Positions 15,723 to 27,712 of a stretch of 64,000 bases of DNA are shown piece after piece (positions within the stretch are counted from its first letter, which is position 1; each line of letters begins with the position of its first letter). The translations under genes were made by a program, and so were the position numbers. The stretch is from the human T2T-CHM13v2.0 reference genome, Homo sapiens: NCBI RefSeq assembly GCF_009914755.1, contig NC_060941.1. The stretch is one strand, 5' to 3'. Under the pieces are notes generated by a model. That model ran no database searches and had not been told where the DNA came from. It worked only from the letters and a program-made list of their open reading frames with translations.

Positions 15723-18345
15723 GGAAGTAACATCCCTACGGGAAGACATTAAGAGCCTTAAGCAGCAAATTATGAACCAATTTCAGGAGCATCTCTCTGT
15801 CATGCTGAGTCCACTGTAGGCCCTTCCATAGGAATGCAGAGCTTCAATCTTCCACACCTGGGCCCCGGCAGGTGCACTGCAGGAGGATTCACTGGCTACC
15901 CCCTGCCTCCCCCATGATGGCCTGGCAGGAGAAGGTGTCTGTGGGTCGGCAAGATGGCCCTGGCATTCAGCACAGGAGGGGAGACATGTCTCCTCCCCGA
16001 GCCCTGTCTGTGCTTGTCCTCATCCTGCATCTGAGCTACAGGCCCTCCAGACAGTGGGGCAGGCAGCTCCAGGCTGACCATTTACCATGAGGAAATCAGA
16101 AACAGAGGTTTTGTTTCCAGCTGCCCAGCCCACCACAGAGCCCTGCCTCCCCAGGAGCACCTGCAGCTCCTGTTCCCCTGATTCCCCCACCATCTACAAT
16201 ACAGCCCTTTCCATAGTCCGCATACGCAGAGGACTCCCCAGGTCCCCATGGGGAAAGGGGTGTTGGGGGTACTGCCAGGTGCGCGGTGTCTACTGGGCGG
16301 TCTAGGTCCAGGGCAGGAATTCTGACTGTTACGCTTGGTGTGGGGCAGGACCTCCTGGGCCCTTACCTGCCCCCGGTGCCAATGGAGAGAAACCTGCCCC
16401 ACTCCTGCCCCTTTCTATTGGGTAGGGCCTGAACCTGGGGCTCCAGGAGGCTGTGACTGCATAGACAGAAACTAAGGGCAGTGGGGTGGGATGGGGGGCA
16501 TCACAGGTTGCCGACTTCCCAGGCTGCAAGTGCTGGCTCCCTGTGGTGCTGGGTGTCCTTCAGTGGACGAGGGTGTCCTGCAAGCCTCCTTGGCACCTGT
16601 ATCTGTGGGTGGAGGCTCCATGGGGACAGCGGCTATGGGGTGGGAATGTGCCTGGAGGGGGCACTGCAGGGGGTTCCGAGATAGCTGGGGGCTCTTCCCA
16701 CAGGTCCCTGGCATGCTCTGGGAGAGACCTGGGCTGAGGGCCGTGGGAAGGCCAAGTGGGCAGGAGAGGGACAGGCTTGAGGACCAGGGCCGCTGGGAGG
16801 CACCAGCAGAGCAGGTCAGGCAAGCCCACCTAGGAAGTGGGGGAGACGGGGCTTCCCACAGGTCCTGGGCCTAGCGCCTGTGTCCACTCATGAGCCCCAC
16901 TGAGGAAAGGGGTTTGCCCAGCAGCCAGTGTGTGCCGTGCCCTGCACCTGTGTAGGCCCCCATGGCCAGAGACAAGGGCAGAGCTGGAATCTGACCATGG
17001 CCAGCCCTGCAGTCACTTGCCAGTCCTCTATGGCATCAGCGACTGCCCTGAGCCCTTCTAGAAATTAGCATCTTGGCCGGCCCTGCTTTCCCTACTTGTC
17101 CCAACTGGTGCCAGCTCCACTTAGGTGCCCAGGGACGTATGCTGAGTGAAAGAACCAAGTACTAGTGCACAGTCAGGTGCCAGGCAGGGTTCTTGCCCTC
17201 TGAAGGCAAAGGTCCTGAAGCTCGGCTGGGGCTGGCAGGTCTGGGTCTCTGTGGACAGGACAGAGGCTGGAGTGGGGACAGGCTCCATCCAGACGAGCAT
17301 GGAGAGCAGCCCCTCAGAGAAGGAAGCCAGAGTGGGAAGTAGAGGGAGGGGAGAGAGACCAGATGTGCAAGGGGCCAGAGCAGCCCCACAGTAGGCAGAA
17401 AGGTGGCAAGGGAGCCAGGCACTGAGTCATGTGGACAGCAGGTCCCAGCAGAGCCTGCCCCAGCCTCATTACCCTCCCCAGTGCTCTGAGATGAATGGTT
17501 TGTGGCACACAGGGCAGCTCGGGCCTCTGTGAGGGCTGGGCTTTGCTCATGTGTGAAAGTCTGCAGGTTCCCTGGTTCTGGCCTCTGCCCCTGGCACCAT
17601 GTGATGTGGCCTTTCACCCTCCGTCAGCTAGGACTGCGGTCAGCACAGACAGGTTGGCCTCGGCAGTATGGGGGTCGGCCCCAGTACCTGGTGGGGAGGT
17701 ATCTGTCCCCTCTCTGTCCTGGGACCGCTGCATCCCAGCTCTTGCACCAGCTGAGGCCAAGGTGGGTGACCTTAGGGTTCGAATGTGAATCTGGCTCAGG
17801 GCCTGGAAGAAATAACTGACCACACATGGGAATGAATGGGTCTTTCCAAAACCACAGGCACCTGGTGGAATCTCAGCAGTGGTAGGGAAACTCAGGGGTC
17901 ATTTCGCCCACCACTCCTTCATTCTGGAACTGGGGAAACTGAGGCCAAAGAAGGGAAAGGGCTGGGCAAGTTAGGGTTTCCACTGGGGCCAGAACTGAGG
18001 GCTCCTGGCTCCCAGTGAAGCCAGCCTCCCTTCTGTGCCACGCTGCGCACCTGTACTGGTGGTGGCTTCTGGGGTCCTTGCCATCCCTCCCGGAGGAAGG
18101 GAAACAGCTGCTGCCATGGTTTTCTCCTGGTGGGTTGCCTGTTGCATCCCCAGTTCCTAGACTGGTGCCTGGAGGAACAGGAACTCGATTGTTGAATAAA
18201 TGATTTAATGCATACTACTTTTTTAATTTTCTGCTCATCTAATTTTCTCATTTTTCTATAATTGTATATTGCTTTTATAATATTTTAAAAACCACCATTT
18301 TTACTTTAAGCAACATTGTGTCAACTTCACAAAACCACCTAATGA

Positions 18346-18705
<360 letters not shown>

Positions 18706-19524
18706 TTATGGACTAGAAAGCCATGTGCAGATTGGGGAGGTGTCCCTAATGCCTGCTCTCCTGCCCAAGGCACGGCTGACACTCAGACAATCAAATCGAG
18801 CCGGGCACCCTTCTTGACCGCCACCAACCACTTCCAGTTCTCATGGCCCCACTCCCCCACCTTCCCGCTGGCAAAGGATGGGAGGCTGAGAGGGGAGCTG
18901 ACCAAGATCCGGCAGAGGAACAAGAGTCTGCTTCTCACCCAGGGAAGGGAAAAACACACAGCAGGGAAGACAAAATGAAAGAAACAGAGACACAAAGAAA
19001 AGCTGCAGGGAGTGGGAGGCAGAGAGGCAGAAAGACACGCGGACACTGAGGGCCGAGCAGGAGCGAGGGGCAGCTCTGAAGGTGGCCCCAACACACTCAC
19101 ATACGAGGGCACTCCCCACTCTCAGCTGTGCTCCTGTGTCTCTCCTGGTTAAGATAAAGTTAGAAACAACAAAATGCCACATCTCTTTGAGCAGCAGCCG
19201 TCGGCAGAGCTCCATATGGCTGCAGCAGCCAGGAGTCTGAGCTAATAAAAGTTAAAAAAAAAAAAAAAAAAGCTGGGAAATGCTCCTGGAGAGCCACGTG
19301 GGCACTGCTCAGGGCCGGGTGGGGGTAGGGAGGAGAGCAGGCACCATAGGAGGGGGTCCCCGCCCCTGCTTGGCGCGCCAAGGTCTCTGTTCTCATTCAG
19401 AACACCCAGCCCTTCTAGTAATGGTGAGTCCAAGACGCAGCAACCAAATGTGCTGTTTTAGATGCCTGGGCCCTCTCCTACCTCCATTCCAGTTTCTCTT
19501 AATGGGAGAGGATATGACAGTCAG

Positions 19525-19886
19525 TGCTGAAAGTTTGCGTCCCCTCCTCTCCATTCTCAAATGTATATGTTGAAATCCTAACCCCCAAGGTGATGGTATC
19601 GGGAGGTGGGGCCTACGGGAGGTGATTCAGTCATAAGGCTAAAGCCCTCATGAATGGGATTGGTGCCCATATAAAAGAGACCCCAGAGAGACCCTTCATT
19701 CCTTCCACCATGCCAGAATGCAGCGAGAGGGTACCATCACCAGAAAGCAGCCTCACCACACAGTGAATCTGCCAGCACCTTCATCTTGGACTTTCCAGAC
19801 TCCAGACTGTGAGAAATAAGTATCTGCTGTTTATAAGCCACCCAGTTTATGGTATTTTGTTATAGCAGCCGGAAAGGACTAAGACA
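19525..19886 (+). mobile_element. MLT1A0-like MaLR solo LTR
   Basis: Ends ttatggtattttgttatagcagccggaaaggactaagaca. Near-match TSD GTCAG/GTCGG. Confidence 0.85.
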
Positions 19887-19919
19887 GTCGGCAAGAACAG
19901 CCAGGAGGAGCCAGGACAA

Positions 19920-19923
<4 letters not shown>

Positions 19924-19959
<36 letters not shown>

Positions 19960-19983
19960 CGTGTGTGTGTGTGTGTGTGTGTA
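19924..19983. repeat. Interrupted (TG)n microsatellite followed by an alternating purine-pyrimidine tail
   Basis: Read directly from the sequence. Confidence 0.95.
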
Positions 19984-21752
19984 TGCGTGGGCGCGCATGC
20001 GTGGTTTTCTTGCAGGGCACCGGCAGCACTGCTCTTGGTGGGGAAGGGGAGACAGATGGCTGGCTGAGGATCCCCACACTGCGGGGAGAATCTCCAATGC
20101 TGACCCCACCCCCTCTGCATCCTGATGGAGGAGTTGGAGAAGACCCTGGTCACTGGATAACCCTTCTTCAAGGAGTCTCTCCCCTGCAGACAGGGAGTGG
20201 GGATGCAGGGAGGAATCATGGCTTCCACCCCACAGGTTACAGCGGGGTGGGGGAATACCCAGGCCCACGGTCACAGTAGAAACACTTCAGAAGTCTGAGC
20301 CAAACCCCGCTGTCTCCTGAGAGAGAACGCCAGGGACAGAGGCTGGAGGAAGTGTGTGCCTGATGGGAAGTTTCAATCCATTCTGTAAGAATTTCCTGAA
20401 AACAGACTGTGTGCCAGTTTTTATGGCCTCTGCCCCAGAAAAGCACGCATGGCAATGAAATGACACTGGGGGGAGGGGAGGGTGCACCCACCCTGACGGT
20501 CCATGGATGGAGGCCAGGGTACTTTAGGACCTCTGAAGACAGCAAAGCAGTTTCTGGTAATCTCTGAGGAGGTGGCATTTGTTCCAGAAAAAAGGACCCC
20601 CCAACCCCATCCCACAGCCTCACCAGACCCTAAAGTCAGAATAACCGGCCCAGCTACAGCCCCTGCGGTCGTGCTTAGCCACTACAGAGGCTGCTATTTC
20701 CCCAGCCAGTGTCCCTGGCAGCCTTGGAAACCAATGAAGCAGGCTCTGACACAGGAATCCCTCTGCATCTTTATCACTGGAAAAGCCTCGATCCAGCCCA
20801 GGCAGAGAGCGGCGGATTTTAAAAAGGAAGGTTTCTCTTTGTGAAGGAAATGAACATGATTCAGCACAAGAGCCGATCAGGAATGTGGAGGCCAGACTCT
20901 CCCATCAGGCTCCGCTCCCCTCCCGCCACCTCGGCAGAGGCCCCAGACTGCACCTGCCGGATGGGATCCCGTAGTGCCACAGAGCCTGGGCACCATGCCA
21001 CTCCTCTCTCCAAGAACACCACCGCCTGGCAGGCTGCCAGGAACAGCCAAGCCCTGTGGACATCACTCCCAGAAATCCAACCACACGGAAAGCAAACGTG
21101 CTGTGTCTCATGACAGTACTAACAAGCCTGGTAAATCAGCCCACAGTTGCACAGCCGTAGCTGGGGAATCCAAGTGCTTTCTGAGGACACACTGACGACA
21201 GCAGCAGACACACACGCGTACGCACATCTTCACGGCACACAGACTCACTAAGGTATGCCACGAGCCTACAGGTTTTCAATACCATACAGTGGATAACAGT
21301 GGTGGTGGTGGGTCTCCGCCCTCAGGAAGCACTTGACCTTATCTGACAAACAAAAGGAACATCAGGGAAAAACTCTGCATGGATTGAATGCCTCCCAGTG
21401 TGGCAGGAACTAAGAGCCACATGGATCTCTGAGCTTCGGCTGACATGCCCAGGAAGGTGGCCCTGGAAAGGTAAGGTGCATTCAGTGGAAACATGAAAAG
21501 CATTCCAGGTGGAGGAAGAAGAGCAGGCCCAGCGTAGGGCCCCCCTGCTCGGTGTCTGGTAGCCTTCCAACCTGCTTGCCTAAAGAAGTGTTCTTAGGTG
21601 GAGGTGGAAGGAAAAAGGTGACCTTCTGAGGTCATTATGCTCATCTTTCTGCTTCTAGGTAGTAACGACCTGTCCAGTCTCCACATCTCCAGGGAGTCTC
21701 CAGGTGTCTGTCCATTGCTCAGCTCCACTTGAGGGGTGAGTTAAACTCTTAG

Positions 21753-22022
<270 letters not shown>

Positions 22023-25000
22023 TCAGTGGTTCTTGTTGGCATTAGCTGATGTGGTTCCTGTTCCCAGGTGCAGAGTGAAGCCAGCCTCACCACCCCAGAC
22101 AGCAGCAGGAACCAGGATTCCAGGCCCTAGCCATACCACTGGGAGGCCCAAACAAGTTAACATAGGAACAGCCCTGCTTAAGAGGTGTGCGCCACACTTC
22201 GAGTAAACCAACCCCATCAGCCTCTTCTCATGGGAAAGCTGGGGTGCTGGTGAACACGAAGACAGGGGCTACCTCAGCTGGGTGTATCCCAGGGAAACAG
22301 ACGCCTTTTTCTGCTGCTCCATGACGCAGGCCGACAGCTCAGTCTAAAATTTTGAGGACTCAGGGAAACTGCTGGGGTGAAGAGATGACAGCTCACCCTC
22401 AAGGTGGCCTGGCACTTGCCCTCTCTCAATGGCGGAAGGTTATTTCTTCTCCAGGGCTCCTTAAAGACAGCAGGCCTGAGCCCAAGGGGAAGGACATCTG
22501 GGGAAGGGGAAAGCCTGGAAGGATGGCGGCCAGGAAAGGGCAGAGGAATGGCCTCTCCCATCCAAAGCTGGCTTGTTTTATCTCCACGAGCATTCGCTCC
22601 AGATGCTTCTAAATGTGCAGTGAGTTTTTGATCCAGACTGAACCCTGGCCAGGTAGATGGAATCCAAAAAATTCTTGGGCCATGCCTGAGAAAGGATGCC
22701 ACAACCCTGCCCCTACTGGGGCCAGACCCAAAGTGAGTAAGGCAGATTCTCCTGTTTCACAGTCACCAAGAGAATGTGTCTTGAATGGCAGCACCAACAC
22801 CATTTCATTCACTTTGTAGCATTTGCTGTGCTCAGTACCCCAGATCCCTCTTTGGGAAACAAAGAAACACAACTCAGAGAGGTTATCTGCTGGGCCCAAG
22901 GTCACAGCTGACTGAGGACCGGAAGGCGAGCTGCCTACTTGATCCTTGGCCCTGGACTCTTCTCAGATTACACTTATCTTAAAGGGAAGGGGATTACTTT
23001 CTGTTCCTTCAAGGCAGCTGCCTGGCATCCTGCCTGCACCCCTGGCCACAGCTCAGGGTCATTTGTGCTGAATGAGGCCTCCTGATACCTCTCCAGCAAG
23101 TGACAAGCTGGAGAGACGCCCTCCAAATCTTAGATGCTGAAGAGGGGCATTCAGAAGAAGTGGCACCAGCAGCCACAATCCTTCAGCCCACCGTGAACTG
23201 CCACACATGCACCCGGGTCAGGTCCCTGTTTCCAGATCCCCAGCCTGGAGCAAGTCACAGCAGGGAGAAGGGTGGTATTGGACTGGAGCAGAGATTCTGA
23301 GCTTGGAGTCTGTAGCTGGGTTTCAGGGGCTTTGTGAACCCTCCGAAATTGCCTGTGAGATTGCGTGAGTCAGTGCATTTGCCTGGGAAGATTGTGTGTA
23401 GCTTTTTCAGAGCCTCAAAAAGATCAAGGACTCAAAGAGGCTAAGAAGCACAGGAACAAAGGCTCCCGAGTCCCCACCAGCCATATGGCTCTGGGCATAC
23501 ACAAATCCAGCAGCCAAACCCAAGTTATCAAATGCAGGAGAACATGCTGTGTGAATGGAGGTGAGGGCTACTGTCCTCGCTGCTGCCCCTCCCTGGTTCT
23601 GTGCCTGCTCATTGACTCCCACCCCAGAGGCCTGCATGACATTCCTGCAGAACAGGGTGCCCCACGCTTTGCAGACCCCTGTCTTTACTGGCTGTCTTGC
23701 TGAGGAAGAGGTTCTTGCTGGTCTGACCCCTGTGAGGCTTGTGTGTTCTCAAGGCTCTCACTAGCTGCTCATTCCCTTTCTGAACATCACCACCACCAGA
23801 CTAGAGAAGGAAACTGGAATGGAAAGGAAAATGCAATTTTGGAGAAAGAGCCACTTCAGTGCACAGCACAAATCCAGCTGGACATTCCTCCAAATGGCCT
23901 CAGGGTCCTAGAAAGCCACCTCTCTGTCATAGGCAAGTGAACACTCCTGTGCTCCACTCCCACACTGCTCAAGGCCCATGACCACTTTCGGGAGGGGTCC
24001 TGCTCCATCCGTTCCAGGCCACACAGGGCAGCTCCAGGCCCACGGCCCTTGCATCCCCAGCCAGGGGTTAAGGGAGCCCAACAGGAGCCCAGAAGCCCAG
24101 AGCCTGAGGACCTGCTGCTTTCACAGAAAAGGGGGAAGTCTGATAAGCCCCCTCCCACCCCCCCATCAGCCCTCCCAGTCCTGCAGCTGAGGCGGGTACC
24201 AGGACACCAATAAGACCCATGTGCAGATGTCTGAGGAAATGCTTCTTGTTTCAAGGATCCCACAGTGGGGCTGCAGGGGCTTATCTACTCTCCCTCAAGG
24301 CAGGGAGAAGCTCAGTGTCCCCAGGATGTGGAATCACACTCAGCCCTACAGGGACTGGGGAGCCCAAAGTATCTGCCCACTTTGGGTCCAGTCTCCTCCC
24401 GTGGGCCTCCAAGCGGCCCTCCATCATGCAAGCTTCGCTCTGGTCTTGCACCCTCCAAGAAGTGCTTGCCAGCTCCCTCTGTTCTTCTGTATCCCCCAAA
24501 GCACCCATTGCAGGGTGGGGGAAACAGCATGTGATCAGGAAAACCTTACTGTATGGTGTGTAAATAGGATACCATGGTCTGGAAAACCCAATATTCTGTT
24601 TAAAAGTGAAAGAGTTACTATAAAGGCCATATGTCAGCTTCCAATTTTCAAAAGACAAAGAAATACACACTGCTAAAGTTCAGTGGTGCATAATGTCATC
24701 TTTCTTTGATGACTGAACTCAGAGAAGGCACATGGGGATCCAGCAGCGTCTCGGGCATCATTCTGGAAGTTGTTGGGGAAAACAGAGGCAGAAGCAGAAG
24801 TCCCACATCTTCCCAAGTCCCCTCGTCTCTGCTTGCCTCTCCCTGTGCAGTGCACAGCTTGGGGACACATACTTTAGGGTAAGAGCGCACCAGATACAAA
24901 GGTGGGGAAGAGTGCTGCAGAACCCAAGAGGGATGTGGGTCTGATTAGATTTTGGAAGCTCCTCCCAAGAAGGTGCTCCTACAGCCTCTTTCAGCAGCGA

Positions 25001-25799
25001 CTGGAAAACCCCAGAAAGGTCACCTGAGATTTTCCCTCTGCCATCCACGGTAGACTCCACCTCTAATGGGGTCAGTCTAGCAAGAATATGGGGCCTGGAT
25101 TGTCTACCCACCAAAGCCAGGCCAAGACAACCTGCTTGGTGATGCAGGAGAGCAGCTTTGCACTCCCCTGCCTGTCTTATACTCAACAAAATCCATGGCA
25201 TGGGCCATGCTCCTCTCCCCACCAAAGAAACTGACAAAGGAAAACAAGCCACAGAGAGGTGAGTGATAGCATTAGCCTCAGGGCAGCCCCAAAGCAGAGG
25301 GAACTGGCCAATTCCGCAACATCTGTCCCTAGCCAGTGGGACAGGCACAGGCTAAGGACAGAGTCCTGGCAGTCTCCTGAAGTTGCTGCTGGCCAGGTGG
25401 TCACACAGGGCACCAAATCCAGCTCCCCTGTCTCTACCGCTTTCCGCAGGGGCTCATGGTTGAGGATCTGCTGAAGTTAGTCAGGGGAGAGGAAACAGTC
25501 TCCTCCTTGAACTACAATCCAGGATGCCTCCCAGGCGAGTGAAGGACCTAGGGACTGGAATCTCATTGGCCCCAGGGCTGTGCCCCTGGACTCGCTCTCG
25601 GGAAGCCAAGCCAGGTCCAACTGATAACCGCATTCCTTGAGGACCCTCGGCCGGGAGTGACTGCCAGTGGGCAGACAGGAAGAAAAGAGCCCTGGCCCAG
25701 ATCAGGCAGGCATCCCTGCTTCCCCGCCCACCGACTGTCCCCGGAGACCAGCCTCCTTCTCTGCCTGCGGAGGAGAGCAGTGGGGACATTATGCCAACA

Positions 25800-26960
25800 G
25801 GTCCCCTTCGGCGGGCCTCACCCGGCCAGCCTTCCTCCGCCCTGCCCTGAGGCCCCACATTCAGCGGAAGCGCCGAGGCACCTGCTGCCAGACAGGGCTC
25901 CATCCCCGCGGAAGGGGCCCCTGGGCGGTGCCCCTCGGTGCCCCCGGCTTCCTCGGTTAGGGATGGGGCGCCCCCCCCGGCCCAGCACGCCCCCTGGCCC
26001 GGCGCGCCCCCCGCGCCCCCTCCCCGCGCTCACCTGGCGCAGGTGCTGCAGCAGCGTCCCCGCCTCCTCCCGCCGGCCCTGGCGCACCATCCGCAGCAGC
26101 TCCTGGACCATGCCGACTCGCCGGTGGTAGGGGGGCATCCCCGCGCCCGCGCGCCCCGCCTTGTCCCCGGCGCGCAGCAGCAGCGACGCCCAGAAGTCCG
26201 GCCGTTCGCGTCGGGGGCCCGGCGCGGCGCCGGGGCTGGCTCTCTCCGCCAGGCTGCCCTTGGTCTGCCGGGTGCCCATGCCGCCGCCGCCCGCCGGGAC
26301 TCTCCGCTCTGGGCCGCGAGGCCGCGTCCCCGCCAACCGCCCGCCCCTCGGCCGCCCGTGCGCGCTCGCCTCCCGGGCTGCAACTTTGGGGGAACTGTTG
26401 CGCGCGGGCGTCGCGGGGGCGGGCGGGCGGGCGGCTGTCGGCGCTCCCCGCGCTCCTCCCTCTTGGCTACCCGGGCGCGCTCCCCGGGCGCTCGCCGCCG
26501 GCCCGCCCGCCGGCCCCGCCCCGGCCCGGCTCGGCCCGCCCCGCCCCCCGCCTCCGCGCCGGAGCTCCGCGGCGTCGCGCGCCTCCCTCTTCTCGGGCTC
26601 CCGCTCCTTCCCGCCCCGCGGCTCCGGGCTGGGGACCACCACCAGGCGCCCCCTGCCTGCGTCCTCTCGGCAGTCGCGCCTCCTGCGGGCGGCAGTGCTG
26701 CGCTTCCCGGGGCCGTGGCGCGGGGGCGAGGGGAACAGGCAGGCCCCATGGGCCGTCGCTCTCGGTCCCCACCGGGCTCCCCGACGCTTCCACCACCGCG
26801 CGCCCGGTGCGTCGGGCGAGATGGGGAAAGTTTGGAGCATGGGGGTGTGTGTGTTGGGGGGCTCTCTTAGGCCCAGAGTCGGGTTTCTCAAGGTGGGTTC
26901 CGCTGAGCCTCAGCGCCCAAATCGTCGGAGGCGCTGGTTAAAAACGCAGGCTCTAAGGCC
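25800..26960. promoter_or_regulatory. CpG island promoter / 5'UTR of LRRC75A
   Basis: Very high GC content and dense CpG over more than 1 kb around the ATG. Multiple GGGCGG (Sp/KLF) boxes on the minus strand at about 26500-26555. No TATA box seen. Confidence 0.9.
26034..26279 (-). CDS. LRRC75A: First coding exon of leucine-rich repeat containing 75A (82 codons, MGTRQTKGSL...LLQHLRQ, phase-0 donor)
   Basis: The translation MGTRQTKGSLAERASPGAAPGPRRERPDFWASLLLRAGDKAGRAGAGMPPYHRRVGMVQELLRMVRQGRREEAGTLLQHLRQ matches the N-terminus of human LRRC75A as I recall it. The ATG is in strong Kozak context (gcggcggcATGG). The exon ends at a canonical donor CAG|GTGAGC and lies in a CpG island. Confidence 0.93.
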
Positions 26961-27712
26961 TCCACCGAGACCTACTGAATGATAATCTCCTCGGTGGGGC
27001 CTGGGATCCGCCTTTTTAGCCAGCATGTTGGGTGATTCCCATGCACGCTCCTTTGAGACCTGGCCTGCTTGCAGGGCGCTGTAGTGGTGTGGTTGGTGCG
27101 TAAACCTGGAAACTGTGCGAGCTTATGGGTTGTGTGCGTGCCCTTCTATGGAGAGGGCCTGTTGCTTCCATCATGCTCTCAAAGCATCTGGACCGGAGAG
27201 GTGTGAACTCCTGTGTTCTCTTGTTCTCACTCTCACAGCCCTGGAGAAGGGTCCCTGGGGTAGTCCTGGTACAACAAAGCAAACGCACGTCTGCGAGTAG
27301 GCCCAGCGGTACACCCTGCTGGCCCACCTTCCTCCCCGTGCCTCTGCCAGGCCCAGTCTGTAAGGGACCAGAGCCCTGGGATCTCATGGTGTTGCCAGGG
27401 CTTGCCAGAGTGAAGGCGAAGGCAGGTGGGGGAGCTTCTCTGTTGCAGACCACAGGCCGCCCTGGTCCCAGCGCAGGGCAGAAGCAATTGTGCAAGCTCG
27501 CCTCTGACCCCAGCTCTGGGTGTTGCTTGAGGGTGTAAGGGCACGTGGGCTGTAGGGGCAGGAGGCTGGATCCCAAATCACAGGGAGCTGAGCCCCACTA
27601 CTTAGTGAGCACTGAGTATCAGGCGAGTCTTCAGCTTCTTGAGTCCTGATTCTTCCTGTCAGGCTAGGATAATAACACTGCCAAGAATTGGGAGAGTAAA
27701 CTCGGTGGACAC

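Noticed and set aside
16650-16665. Weak CTCF-like motifs (cctggagggggcac here; also gcgccccctgcctg at 26646)
   Set aside because: Mismatches at core positions, and such matches are frequent in GC-rich DNA.
19847-20279. ORFs with CVCVCV / HTHTHT runs (also at 35652-36102, 46177 and 60425)
   Set aside because: Translations of (TG)n/(CA)n microsatellites.
25818-26033. Continuation of the LRRC75A ORF past the donor (VSAGRGRGG...)
   Set aside because: Read-through into intron 1 after a canonical GTGAGC donor.
25657-26982. Several long overlapping ORFs (157-310 aa) on both strands across the CpG island
   Set aside because: Low-complexity Pro/Arg/Ala/Gly translations are expected where stop codons are scarce. 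Only the MGTRQ frame has a Kozak ATG, a splice donor and a recognisable protein.
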